Origin: an uncultured Roseburia sp.
Lineage (GTDB): Bacteria > Bacillota > Clostridia > Lachnospirales > Lachnospiraceae
Reading direction: 5' to 3'
Assembly: GCA_947642555.1 (NCBI GenBank)
Contig: CANRSX010000025.1
Span: 2,318-66,317 of the forward strand
Length of the DNA: 64,000 bases
Each line of letters starts with the position of its first letter. Within the stretch, counting starts at the first letter, position 1. A program made the position numbers and the translations under genes. The notes under the pieces are model-generated. The model did not search any database. It was given only the letters and a program-made list of their open reading frames with translations, and had not been told where the DNA came from. This document shows, piece after piece, positions 54,359 through 62,802 of the stretch.

Positions 54359-55123
54359 ATGATACGTGCTGAGCGTTTTCAAATGATCACAAATCTGTCA
54401 AACGAGGTGGATATCATCACCCTTGAACACCTGGCGGAACGTCTGAATGTCTCGATCGCCACGGTCCGCAGGGATGTGGAGGAGCTCTGTGCCCAGGGCA
54501 TTGTCGAGAAGACGCGCGGAGGGATTATTTTCTGCAACAAGACAAAGAACAAGGAGCCTTCCCTGCAGCTGCGCCAGCTGTTAAACACCGGGGAGAAAAA
54601 ACGCATTGCACAGGCCGCCTTCCGTTATATTCGTGAGCACTCTTTTTATATGTTTGACTCTGGTTCCACCGTGCATGAGCTTTTAAAACTGATTCCGACG
54701 CAGTTTCCGCTCTCCATCGTGACCTACGACCTGACCTTTCTGCCGGAGTTAAACGCCCTGGAAAACGCGGACGTATTTATCCTCGGCGGACAGCTGCGGC
54801 GCGGAAAGATGGCGTGCCACGGCATCTACGCGGAAAACTATCTGGATCAGTTAAACGCCAATATCGCCTTTCTCGGCGCGGACTCCGTGGACCTGCATAA
54901 GGGGATCATGGGCTTTAATGCCAGCGAAGTTCCCTTAAAACAGAAAATGATCGCAAACGCGGATCAGACGATCCTGTTGTGCGATCACTCAAAATTTTAC
55001 AATCGTGGTTTTATCAGTGTCCACGGCTTAAAAGAAATCGACCGTGTCATCACGGACACCGGCACAGATGCCGGCATCCTGCAGTCGCTGCGGGAGGCCG
55101 GCATCGAAGTGGAGGTTGTCTAA
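54359..55123 (+). CDS. DeoR/GlpR-family transcriptional regulator
   Basis: 254 aa. N-terminal HTH LAERLNVSIATVRRDVEEL plus a DeoR C-terminal sensor domain. RBS GGAGGA. Confidence 0.85.
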   Translation: MIRAERFQMITNLSNEVDIITLEHLAERLNVSIATVRRDVEELCAQGIVEKTRGGIIFCNKTKNKEPSLQLRQLLNTGEKKRIAQAAFRYIREHSFYMFDSGSTVHELLKLIPTQFPLSIVTYDLTFLPELNALENADVFILGGQLRRGKMACHGIYAENYLDQLNANIAFLGADSVDLHKGIMGFNASEVPLKQKMIANADQTILLCDHSKFYNRGFISVHGLKEIDRVITDTGTDAGILQSLREAGIEVEVV

Positions 55124-55124
55124 G

Positions 55125-56009
55125 CTACTCCACACAGATCAGCTCATACTCCTTCGTGCCATATCCGATGGCATCCGCCGCGTCAATCGTGTGCGTCCCG
55201 TGCCTGGATTCGACGCGCTCAAGGAAATGGTCGCGCCCGCGGTCCGTCGACTGGCGGATCAGATCAATGCAGGCCTGATCGAGCGCCACCGGATCCGTCG
55301 AAGAGAGAATCCCGATATCCTTCATACACGGATCCTCCGCCACCGCACAGCAGTCGCAGTCCACGGACAGGTTGCACATCATATTGACAAACGCCGTGTT
55401 TCCCTTAAAATATTCCATCACGCTTCCGGCAGATTCCGCCATGGCCTCGCAGAACGCATCCTGCTCCGCCACCTTACTCCAGACCACCGTCTGGTCATCC
55501 GTCACGCCGCCGGAGTGGATCAGAGACTTTCCCTCGCTCGACGCGCAGCCGATGGAGAGCTGCTTTAACGCTCCGCCGTAGCCGCCCATGGGATGCCCCT
55601 TAAAATGCGACAGCACCAGCAGGGAATCATAATTCGCGAGGTTCTTTCCCACCTGATTCTCCTTTAACACCTTCCCGTCCGGAATCGGAAGCACCAGATC
55701 CGGCCCCTCCTCGTCGAGCAGGTCCACCGGAAAATACTTCGTCCAGCCGTGCTCCGCGAGCAGCTCCTTATGCTTTGCCGCCGTATTCCTGGCGCCCTCA
55801 TAGGCCGTGTTGCACTCCACGATCGTTCCGTTCACCGCCTCCACCATGGGGCGCATGAATTCCGGGCGGAGGAAATTCTGATTCCCTTTCTCCCCGGAGT
55901 GCACCTTCACCGCCACCTTTCCGGGCAGCTCCTTCCCCAGCAGGCGGTACATCTTTACCACCGCCTCCGGCGTCAGCTCCTTCGTAAAATAAACCTTTGC
56001 TTTCTCCAT
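55125..56009 (-). CDS. DUF362-domain protein
   Basis: MEKAKVYFTKEL.. KVHSGEKGN.. is typical of DUF362 as I recall it. The start was trimmed to 56009, which follows GGAGAACAGG. Confidence 0.55.
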   Translation of the reverse strand: MEKAKVYFTKELTPEAVVKMYRLLGKELPGKVAVKVHSGEKGNQNFLRPEFMRPMVEAVNGTIVECNTAYEGARNTAAKHKELLAEHGWTKYFPVDLLDEEGPDLVLPIPDGKVLKENQVGKNLANYDSLLVLSHFKGHPMGGYGGALKQLSIGCASSEGKSLIHSGGVTDDQTVVWSKVAEQDAFCEAMAESAGSVMEYFKGNTAFVNMMCNLSVDCDCCAVAEDPCMKDIGILSSTDPVALDQACIDLIRQSTDRGRDHFLERVESRHGTHTIDAADAIGYGTKEYELICVE

Positions 56010-56060
56010 GTCCTGTTCTCCTTTCTTCAAAGCCAGGATGACCATGCCATTCCGGCTTTA

Positions 56061-57428
56061 TCACGCCATCTCGGCCGACGATTTGATCTTTTTGATCCAT
56101 TTCCCGCTGCGCAGGCGGATCACACACCAGACTGCCTTTAAGATCTGATCCACCTTTAAAAAGAAGTAGATCCAGAATGCCGGCAGATGAAGCACCAGAC
56201 CGGCAAGTATCCCGAGCGGAATCGACGCCACCCAGAGAAAAATATTATCCGCGAGCATCAGCATCTTCGTGTCGCCGCCCCCGCGCAGCACCCCCTTTGT
56301 CATGATCGAATTCGTCGCCTGGAAGAGCACCACCACGCTGATCGCGAGCATCAGCTCCTGCGCGATCTCCTGCGTCTGCGGCGATAAATTATAGGCGTGG
56401 ATCATCGGTCCTGAGATCAGCAGAATAATCGCCGCTGAGACCACCCCGAAGAGAAATCCGATCCCTAAGAATGCGTATCCCTGATCCTGCGCCTTCTCCT
56501 TATCGCCCTCCCCGAGCGTGTAGCCGGTCACGATGGCGCCGGCCTGCGAGAAGCCCTGGATCACGGTGGTGCTTAGCTGCTGGGTCACCGCCGTCACCGC
56601 GTTGGCCGCGACAAAGCTCTCGCCGAGCCGCCCGATCACCATCGCCACGGAATTGTTGCCGATGGCGAGAATCCCGTCCGAGACAAGCACGGGGATGCTG
56701 ATCCTGATGTACTCCTTCCAGAGACCGCCGACCTTCATCGTCAGATCCTTTATCCGGAATCCGATGGCGGTATCCTTAAAGAACAGATAGCCGCAGATCA
56801 CCGCAAACTCAAAAATACGCGCGATCAGCGTCCCGATGGCCGCCCCCGCGACCTCCATCCGCGGGAAACCGAATTTACCGAAGATAAACAGATAGTTCGC
56901 CCCCACATTGATAAAAAACGCCGCGATCGAGGTGTAGAGCGGCAGCCGCACCTGGTCAACGTTGCGCAGCACGATCGTGCAGGTTAAGGACAGCCCCAGA
57001 AGGAAATACGTCACGACCGAGTATTCCAGATAGCGGATCCCGTTCGTGATGATCCCCTCCTCCACTGTGTAGATCCGCATGATCCACTCCGGGAAAAAGA
57101 GCGTGACCACACAGAACAGCACGGCGATCCCCACACAGAGCCGGATCATGATCGCCACCGTCTTTTTTAACGAATCGCGGTCCTTCATCCCGTAATACCG
57201 CGCCACGAGCACGGAAGCGCCCATGCCGATCCCCATGCAGAGGATATGATAAATATTGATAAACTGGTTCGCCAGCGACACCGCGGAGAGCTGCGTCTCA
57301 CCGACCTTTCCGATCATGATCGTGTCCATCATGTTGACGCCGGTCGTAATAAACCCCTGCAGCGCAATCGGGATCGCGATTCCTGCCACACGTGCATAAA
57401 ACTGCGTATCCTTTGATATAATTTTCAT
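56061..57428 (-). CDS. MATE-family efflux transporter
   Basis: 455 aa, 12 TM-like segments, N-terminal IAIPIALQGFITTGVNMMDTIMIGKVGE. Confidence 0.85.
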   Translation of the reverse strand: MKIISKDTQFYARVAGIAIPIALQGFITTGVNMMDTIMIGKVGETQLSAVSLANQFINIYHILCMGIGMGASVLVARYYGMKDRDSLKKTVAIMIRLCVGIAVLFCVVTLFFPEWIMRIYTVEEGIITNGIRYLEYSVVTYFLLGLSLTCTIVLRNVDQVRLPLYTSIAAFFINVGANYLFIFGKFGFPRMEVAGAAIGTLIARIFEFAVICGYLFFKDTAIGFRIKDLTMKVGGLWKEYIRISIPVLVSDGILAIGNNSVAMVIGRLGESFVAANAVTAVTQQLSTTVIQGFSQAGAIVTGYTLGEGDKEKAQDQGYAFLGIGFLFGVVSAAIILLISGPMIHAYNLSPQTQEIAQELMLAISVVVLFQATNSIMTKGVLRGGGDTKMLMLADNIFLWVASIPLGILAGLVLHLPAFWIYFFLKVDQILKAVWCVIRLRSGKWIKKIKSSAEMA

Positions 57429-57524
57429 GGCTGTAATCCTGCTTTCTATGATGTGCCTGAATATGCCCTCAGAAGAAGGTAGTCATATGATAAAGATTCC
57501 AGGAAGCCTTACCTGGCTCTTTTT

Positions 57525-57553
57525 AGTATAGCACCTGTCACAGATTCCGGCAA
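57525..57553 (-). promoter_or_regulatory. Candidate SigA-type promoter of the MATE gene
   Basis: On the minus strand: TTGCCG (57553..57548), a 17-nt spacer, then TATACT (57530..57525). Confidence 0.4.
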
Positions 57554-57571
57554 GCGGTTTTTTACAGTTTT

Positions 57572-60355
57572 TTACAGCTCAATCGCCGCCTTCCCCACGA
57601 TCCCGGTCGCGGAAAGCGGGCGGTACGGCGACATTCCACGGATATTTACCCCCTCGCCGGCAAGCTTTCGCTCTAAAAGCGTCGCGGTCTCAATGCGGAT
57701 CCGGTTCTTATTTTTCACCAGCTCTCCCGGGACGTCAAACGCAAATGGCCGCTGTAAGCGCATGCCAAGGCCTGTGCCGTTGACGAACACCTCCGCGCTC
57801 TCGCAGACGTCCTCAAGGACGATCCGGCAGTGCTTCCCCTTCTCCATTTCTACATCCGTCTCATAAATATAATATCCCGAAAAATCCGGATACGTTTTCT
57901 GCATCCCGGTAAACGGCGCGTGCACCTCCTCCGGTTCCGACACGATGACGCCGTTCCCCGCCAGGTAATCCTTCGAGGTCACCCGGCTCACCGTAAATTC
58001 CGTGATTTCTTTCTGTATCCCCTCATAACATACCGGCGGCTTCGCCTGCGTCAGAAGCGTCCCCTCCGGATCCAGCGCTAAAATGGCCAGCTCCAGCGGA
58101 TCGATCCGGATCTGCACCGTGACGCCCTCCTCTGTCCTCTGATACTCCACCGTCTCCAGCCGGTTTTCCCAGGGGTAATAGCGCACCGGCGTCCCCTCGC
58201 CGCGAAGCGTCACACTGCCGAGATACGCCTCTGCCGCATGCTCGTTGAGCAGCAGATACGTATCCGCGCCGTTCTGATAATGATACGTCACCAGCCTGCG
58301 AAAGGCCGGCTCTGCCACAACCTGCGGGCGCACCAGCGCTGCCGCGCGCACGCCGGCCTCTGTCGCAGGTACCGTCTCACATCCGGCCAGAAGCTCCCGG
58401 AACCGGACGTTTTCATCCTCCGCGGCTCCTGTGACGCCGCATGGCTTCTGATCCAGGAACAGCACCGGGAACCCTTTCGCAAGCGCCCTGCCGATAAACG
58501 CCGCCACGCCCTGTTCCACAAACCGGCACCCGGAGATCACCAGCGCCTGATAAGACACACCGTTTACGACAAGTGTCTTTCCATCAAACTTTGCCGGATA
58601 CCAGGTGCCGTCCTCCCATGCTCCGGCTACGTGATCCACTCCGGTTACATGATCCGCTTCGGCTGCGTGATCCGCGTCTGCGTCCGGCGTCTTCTGGTCC
58701 AGGCAGGCAAACACATCCGAAGGAAGCACGTGGAAATCCACCTGCGCCGCCGCAAGCGCCCTGGCCGCGCTGACATTCGACTGTGCTCCGCCGGCCCATT
58801 TGCTCTCGCCGTTGTAGAGCAGCGCCACATCCGGGCAAGGCTTCCCGCCGTCGATCAGGTGGCAGACCCGGCTGCTGTAAGCCATCAGCTCACCGAAGGC
58901 CCGGTAGAGCGGATTTTCCCCGTGGGCGTAAAAATGGGGCGGGCAGTCGGGATCCGGGAAGGGCGCGGGGGTAAACGCGTGCGGTACGAAACGGTTGACG
59001 CCGCGCGCCATAAAGTGATCCATCATGAACTTCTGTTCCTTTGTGCCGGACTGCCAGCCGTAAGCCCCGAAATTCTCACACATCGTCCTGCCCTGCTTCT
59101 TCGGGTCGATCGCCGCGTGGGATGCGCCGAGCTTCCCGAGCAGATACTGGTAAAATCCCGCCTCGTCCGGACAGGCCGGGTTCGGGTGGCGGCTGACGTC
59201 CTGCCCGTTGATCATCACCTGTCCGCCAATGTTGTCGATCCCCGCCATGTGCTGGCCGGACAGACCGCGGAAGAAATGTCCCATGCTGATCCCCATGTCC
59301 GAGTTCATATCGCAGTCCTCGAGCATATGGCCGATATACTCCACGCCGTGCGCTGCGCACCACGCACCGTTCTGCGCGGAAAAACACTCCGCCACCAGCT
59401 TTGAGACCATCTGCATAAACGCGCCGCGCTCCTTTGCCTGCATGTTCGCATCGGCGGCGTCAGCCCAGAGGTACGGCAGATGACGCTTCCACCCTTCCCC
59501 GCCGAACTCCTTTGTCAGGCGCGCCGCAGCCTCGCGCGACCAGGGCAGATTCTGACCCGCCGTGCCGATGGGCCCGGCCGGCATGTAGCCTTCCGTGTTT
59601 CCGATGGGCGGCTCGTCGCTGAAAAAGCCCGCGATCACATTGCCGAAATAGTCCGCATAATGCGCATAATGAGGCTCGTACACCGCGTCGATTAAAAGGC
59701 GGCAGGATTCCCGGTCCATAAAATTGATGTAGTTGTTCCTGCCCTTCGCGTTGCGCGTCAGATACACCACAAAAATTTTCCAGTATCCGTCTGAAAGGGA
59801 AAAGAAAAGTCTGCCCTCCGGATCAATCTGTCCGGTCAGGTCAAGGGGATCGCCGAGCTTTGCGCCCTTTGTCACCGGGCAGGCCAGCACCGCCACCAGC
59901 TCATCGTCGTCAAAGACCCGCTTCGGCGCAGGCGCGGGCGGCATCCAGGGCGGCGTCGGCTCCGGTTTCATGTATTCCCTTACGTCCAGCTCGAGCTCCG
60001 CCGCCGGCCCGTGCATCTCCAATGTGCGGTAAACCATGTACTGATGGGTCAGCTCCGCGGGCGCGCTCTCCACCGCCCCGTTTGCAAAGCCGGTGGGGAA
60101 GTGGGAGTCGTCCAGGATCCACACCTTCATCCCGAGGGCCTTCGCCTCCTCCAGAATCACGTCCATGTCCCTCCACCATTTTTCCCCGCAGAAATCCGGA
60201 TGGGGCCTGCTCTCCACGCAGACCGCTCCGATATTCGCCGCCTTTATCACGCGCATGTAATGGCGCAGCGTCTCCTCCTCCTCGCCGTGCTGCCAGAAAA
60301 ACGGCAGAATATAATTGTCCCATTTTCCCTCTAAAACGTCACTCAGTCGCTTCAC
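57572..60355 (-). CDS. Large glycoside-hydrolase-like protein (family unresolved)
   Basis: About 927 aa. ILPFFWQHGEEEE..VESRPHPDF..WW..GMKVWILDDSHFPTGFANG suggests a TIM-barrel glycosidase, and the C-terminal part is beta-sandwich-like. I prefer the GTG start at 60355, which follows CAGGAGGA. The ATG at 60421 in the ORF track lies inside a hairpin and lacks an RBS. Confidence 0.5.
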   Translation of the reverse strand: MKRLSDVLEGKWDNYILPFFWQHGEEEETLRHYMRVIKAANIGAVCVESRPHPDFCGEKWWRDMDVILEEAKALGMKVWILDDSHFPTGFANGAVESAPAELTHQYMVYRTLEMHGPAAELELDVREYMKPEPTPPWMPPAPAPKRVFDDDELVAVLACPVTKGAKLGDPLDLTGQIDPEGRLFFSLSDGYWKIFVVYLTRNAKGRNNYINFMDRESCRLLIDAVYEPHYAHYADYFGNVIAGFFSDEPPIGNTEGYMPAGPIGTAGQNLPWSREAAARLTKEFGGEGWKRHLPYLWADAADANMQAKERGAFMQMVSKLVAECFSAQNGAWCAAHGVEYIGHMLEDCDMNSDMGISMGHFFRGLSGQHMAGIDNIGGQVMINGQDVSRHPNPACPDEAGFYQYLLGKLGASHAAIDPKKQGRTMCENFGAYGWQSGTKEQKFMMDHFMARGVNRFVPHAFTPAPFPDPDCPPHFYAHGENPLYRAFGELMAYSSRVCHLIDGGKPCPDVALLYNGESKWAGGAQSNVSAARALAAAQVDFHVLPSDVFACLDQKTPDADADHAAEADHVTGVDHVAGAWEDGTWYPAKFDGKTLVVNGVSYQALVISGCRFVEQGVAAFIGRALAKGFPVLFLDQKPCGVTGAAEDENVRFRELLAGCETVPATEAGVRAAALVRPQVVAEPAFRRLVTYHYQNGADTYLLLNEHAAEAYLGSVTLRGEGTPVRYYPWENRLETVEYQRTEEGVTVQIRIDPLELAILALDPEGTLLTQAKPPVCYEGIQKEITEFTVSRVTSKDYLAGNGVIVSEPEEVHAPFTGMQKTYPDFSGYYIYETDVEMEKGKHCRIVLEDVCESAEVFVNGTGLGMRLQRPFAFDVPGELVKNKNRIRIETATLLERKLAGEGVNIRGMSPYRPLSATGIVGKAAIEL

Positions 60356-60381
60356 ACCAGTGTCCTCCTGTTCATTTTTTA

Positions 60382-60421
60382 ATGCCAGGATCAGAACGCC
60401 GTCCGTTTCTGACCCTGGCAT
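60382..60421 (-). other. 15-bp stem-loop in the presumed 5' UTR of the glycosidase-like gene
   Basis: Minus-strand RNA: AUGCCAGGGUCAGAA-ACGGACGGCG-UUCUGAUCCUGGCAU. There is one G.U pair, which would be an A.C mismatch on the plus strand. A-tracts flank the structure on both sides (T-tracts on the plus strand). Confidence 0.5.
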
Positions 60422-60514
60422 TATTTTTTTAACTATATCACAGGAGGCGGACCGTTTCTATGTCAGAATCCGCCACGCCGCACTGACCGTTTCTGACATG
60501 CGGCTCCCCGGATC

Positions 60515-60581
60515 CCGGCATGCTGCCTGCTCCACGGATCCCGGCGTCGCACCGGCATGCTGCCTGCTCCACGGATCCCGG
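60515..60581. repeat. 30-bp perfect direct repeat, 2 copies, period 37
   Basis: CCGGCATGCTGCCTGCTCCACGGATCCCGG at 60515..60544 and 60552..60581. CGGATCCCGG occurs a third time at 60509..60518. Confidence 0.8.
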
Positions 60582-61538
60582 TCACTCCGGCACGAACTCC
60601 AGCTCCATATTTCCCATATCGCACTCCAGCCGGATCGTTCCGACTGCGCCCTCATTTGTCTCGCGGCGGGAACCGTCAATCATCGCGTAGGTATTTCCGT
60701 TTATTTCCATATTGCCCAGCGAACAGGAGAGATCATAATTGTAGTCCGACTCCTTCCCGATGAGCACAAGGACCATATTTCCCATGGAACAATCCGCTTC
60801 CAGATTTCCGTTTACCCGGCCCTCCATCTCAAAGTTGCCCAGGGAGCAGTCCATCTCAATATTCTGATATTCCCCGCCGTAAATCTCCACATTGCCCGCG
60901 CCGGCCTCCACGTCCAATGTTCCTGTCACGGTGAAGCCGTCCACCTCCACATTGCCCGCGCCGATATCAATTCTGACCGTGTCGCAGCAGAGCGTCTTAT
61001 GCCGGATCCGGGTATTGGTCGCCCCCGCATCCACGAAAAGCTCCTCCAGATACATCTCCTTCGGCAGCGTCACAGTGATCTTCTCATGGCTGTTCCGGTG
61101 TGTATCATTTTTTCTGTCATACGTAAGCTCCAGCGCATCGCCGTCGGTTTCCCCGGTAAAGTACTTTTCTTTACACTTGTAGAGTTTGACCAGGATCTGA
61201 TCCGGCGCATCGCCCTCCACGATCTCCAGCTCCGCCATATCGATATCGAGCCTCAGCTCTTTTATCTGCGCCGCATCATACGTATAGCTCGTCGATGTCC
61301 CGCTCTCCTCATCATCTTCCCAGAACCAGCCGTCATCCCAGAACCAGCCGTCACTCCAGAACCAGCCATGATCCTTACCGCTTATATTCCAGTCCCCGTC
61401 AAAAAACTCCCCGTTTTCCGCCATCCTGCGGATCGTGCGGTAACCGCCTCCCATCAGCGAGGAGATTCCGCAGAGTAAGATCCCCGCTCCCGCCATAACC
61501 GCCACGACAAGCAGTGTTATTCTGGTAAATTTATTCAT
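60582..61538 (-). CDS. DUF4097-like beta-strand-repeat membrane-anchored protein
   Basis: 318 aa. N-terminal TM helix and repeated GAGNVE(V/I).. / CSLGN(F/M)E.. / CDMGNMELE strands. ATGA overlap with the upstream gene (61535..61538). Confidence 0.6.
   Translation of the reverse strand: MNKFTRITLLVVAVMAGAGILLCGISSLMGGGYRTIRRMAENGEFFDGDWNISGKDHGWFWSDGWFWDDGWFWEDDEESGTSTSYTYDAAQIKELRLDIDMAELEIVEGDAPDQILVKLYKCKEKYFTGETDGDALELTYDRKNDTHRNSHEKITVTLPKEMYLEELFVDAGATNTRIRHKTLCCDTVRIDIGAGNVEVDGFTVTGTLDVEAGAGNVEIYGGEYQNIEMDCSLGNFEMEGRVNGNLEADCSMGNMVLVLIGKESDYNYDLSCSLGNMEINGNTYAMIDGSRRETNEGAVGTIRLECDMGNMELEFVPE
61314..61367 (-). repeat. 3 x 18-bp in-frame tandem repeat encoding GWFW(S/D/E)D
   Basis: Plus strand: atcttcccagaaccagcc / gtcatcccagaaccagcc / gtcactccagaaccagcc. 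Confidence 0.75.
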
Positions 61539-62332
61539 ACAGCCGCACGCTCCTTTCTCTTATCAAACGGCGTCCTGCACAGCCGCCACAGCCCGCGCAG
61601 CGCCCACGGCAGAAGTACGCCGAACACCCACACCATCAGCAGAACCGACAGAAGCCCCAGCGCCAGGACGATCAGCCCGCCGCCCATCAGCCCGGTCCCC
61701 ACTGCCGGATTCCCGCCGAATACCAGCCCGATTCCGGTGACAAACAGCATAAAGCCGGTAACCACCAGCGCTGCCATCACGCACACCACCGCCAGCGCCA
61801 GCCCGAACAGAGTCGCAACCACCGCCAGAAGGACACCCGCCGCCACAAGAAGCAGCGAAAGCCAGATCGGCGAGGTGAGCACCGCCACGATCACGCCCAC
61901 CGTCACGGCGGCGCCGGATTTCCGCTCCCCCGTATAGCGGTATCCCCCGGTTCCGCCATAGCCATCGAATCCGAAGTCCGCACTTTTGTCCCAGCCGCCG
62001 GTCCCGGATATGTCTTCGCTTCCATCCCGGCTGCCGCTGCCGAACACATCTTCGCTTCCATCCCGGCTGCCGCCGCCGAACACGTCTTCGCTTCCATCCC
62101 GGTCGCCGCTTGCGCCGCCGGCTCCAGGCTGGTCGGCATCCTGTCTCAGGTCGCTTAAAATGGTATCCGCAACCTTCTGCGGCGACTCAAGCTCTTTTAA
62201 AATCGAAGCCTCGTTCGATTCGCCTGCATCCTCAAAATAGCTCCGGTAAAACGCAAGCGCATCCGCCCGCTCCTCCTCTGAGATCCCGGAAAGAAGCCGT
62301 TCCAGTTCCTTTAAAAATTCTTCCCTGCTCAT
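61535..62332 (-). CDS. DUF1700-like membrane protein
   Basis: MSREEFLKELERLLSGISEEERADALAFYRSYFEDAG is the typical DUF1700 N-terminus as I recall it. There are C-terminal TM helices. The start was trimmed to 62332, directly after the PadR stop codon. Confidence 0.6.
   Translation of the reverse strand: MSREEFLKELERLLSGISEEERADALAFYRSYFEDAGESNEASILKELESPQKVADTILSDLRQDADQPGAGGASGDRDGSEDVFGGGSRDGSEDVFGSGSRDGSEDISGTGGWDKSADFGFDGYGGTGGYRYTGERKSGAAVTVGVIVAVLTSPIWLSLLLVAAGVLLAVVATLFGLALAVVCVMAALVVTGFMLFVTGIGLVFGGNPAVGTGLMGGGLIVLALGLLSVLLMVWVFGVLLPWALRGLWRLCRTPFDKRKERAAV
61995..62102 (-). repeat. 3 x 36-bp in-frame tandem repeat encoding RDGSED(V/I)(F/S)G(G/S/T)G(S/G)
   Basis: The period-36 unit ..cttcgcttccatcccgg.. 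recurs with its c at 62014, 62050 and 62086. Confidence 0.75.
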
Positions 62333-62334
62333 CC

Positions 62335-62655
62335 TCACACTTCCTCCTCTGAAAACAATTCCGATATTTTCGAAGAATACGCTTCCCATTCCCTGCGGTA
62401 GTCCGCCAGCTTTTCCTCCCCGCTCTCCGTGATCTGATAATACCTCCGGTTCCTGCCGCCGCATTCACGGTCATAGACGATCAGAAAGCCTTCCTTCTGC
62501 AGCCTCCGCAGAACCGGATACAGCGTCGATTCCGATACGTCGATCGCCCTTCGCACATCCTGGGTAATCTTGTAGCCATACGTGCCTTCCTCCTCCTTTG
62601 AGACGACCGCAAGAACGATCGCATCCAAAAGAGCGGCGCCTGTGTTAAACACCAT
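62335..62655 (-). CDS. PadR-family transcriptional regulator
   Basis: 106 aa. GYKITQDVR..STLYPVLRRLQKEGFL. RBS AAAGGAG. Confidence 0.85.
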   Translation of the reverse strand: MVFNTGAALLDAIVLAVVSKEEEGTYGYKITQDVRRAIDVSESTLYPVLRRLQKEGFLIVYDRECGGRNRRYYQITESGEEKLADYRREWEAYSSKISELFSEEEV

Positions 62656-62694
62656 ATGCTCAGCTCCTTTGCTTTATAATATTACCTCTTTTAT

Positions 62695-62727
62695 AATACT
62701 ATACAACATATAGTATTGTTTTGTCAA
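62695..62727 (-). promoter_or_regulatory. Candidate PadR-operon promoter with an overlapping palindromic operator
   Basis: On the minus strand: TTGACA (62727..62722), an 18-nt spacer, then TATAGT (62703..62698). The 9-bp inverted repeat AATACTATA-caaca-TATAGTATT (62695..62717) covers the spacer and the -10. Confidence 0.45.
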
Positions 62728-62734
62728 TACCATA

Positions 62735-62773
62735 TAAAAAAACAGCGGCAAACCTGTATCCGGCTTACCACTG
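62735..62773 (-). terminator. Rho-independent terminator after degV
   Basis: Minus-strand RNA: CAGUGGUAAGCC-GGAUACA-GGUUUGCCGCUG followed by UUUUUUUAUAU. The G.U pairs make it minus-strand specific. Confidence 0.65.
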
Positions 62774-62802
62774 TCTGAATGCTATCCCTGTTCTGTTCTC
62801 CG

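Noticed and set aside
57558-57577. Tandem duplication TTTTTTACAG x2 overlapping the stop codon of the glycosidase-like gene.
   Set aside because: It is a 10-bp, two-copy duplication with no structural or coding consequence that I can see. It is probably a trivial slippage scar.
58238-59404. Long plus-strand ORFs antisense to real genes (58238..59404, 387 aa; 60315..61478, 387 aa; 4402..5310; 32385..33212; 36268..37086; 14718..15428; 10598..11207 and others).
   Set aside because: They are Arg/Pro/His/Gly-rich and low in complexity, lack RBSs, and lie fully inside minus-strand ORFs that have clear family motifs. These are typical shadow ORFs of GC-rich coding DNA.
60509-60581. The 30-bp direct repeats as a CRISPR array.
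   Set aside because: There are only two copies with a 7-nt spacer, no cas genes, and none of the spacer-length regularity expected of a CRISPR array.
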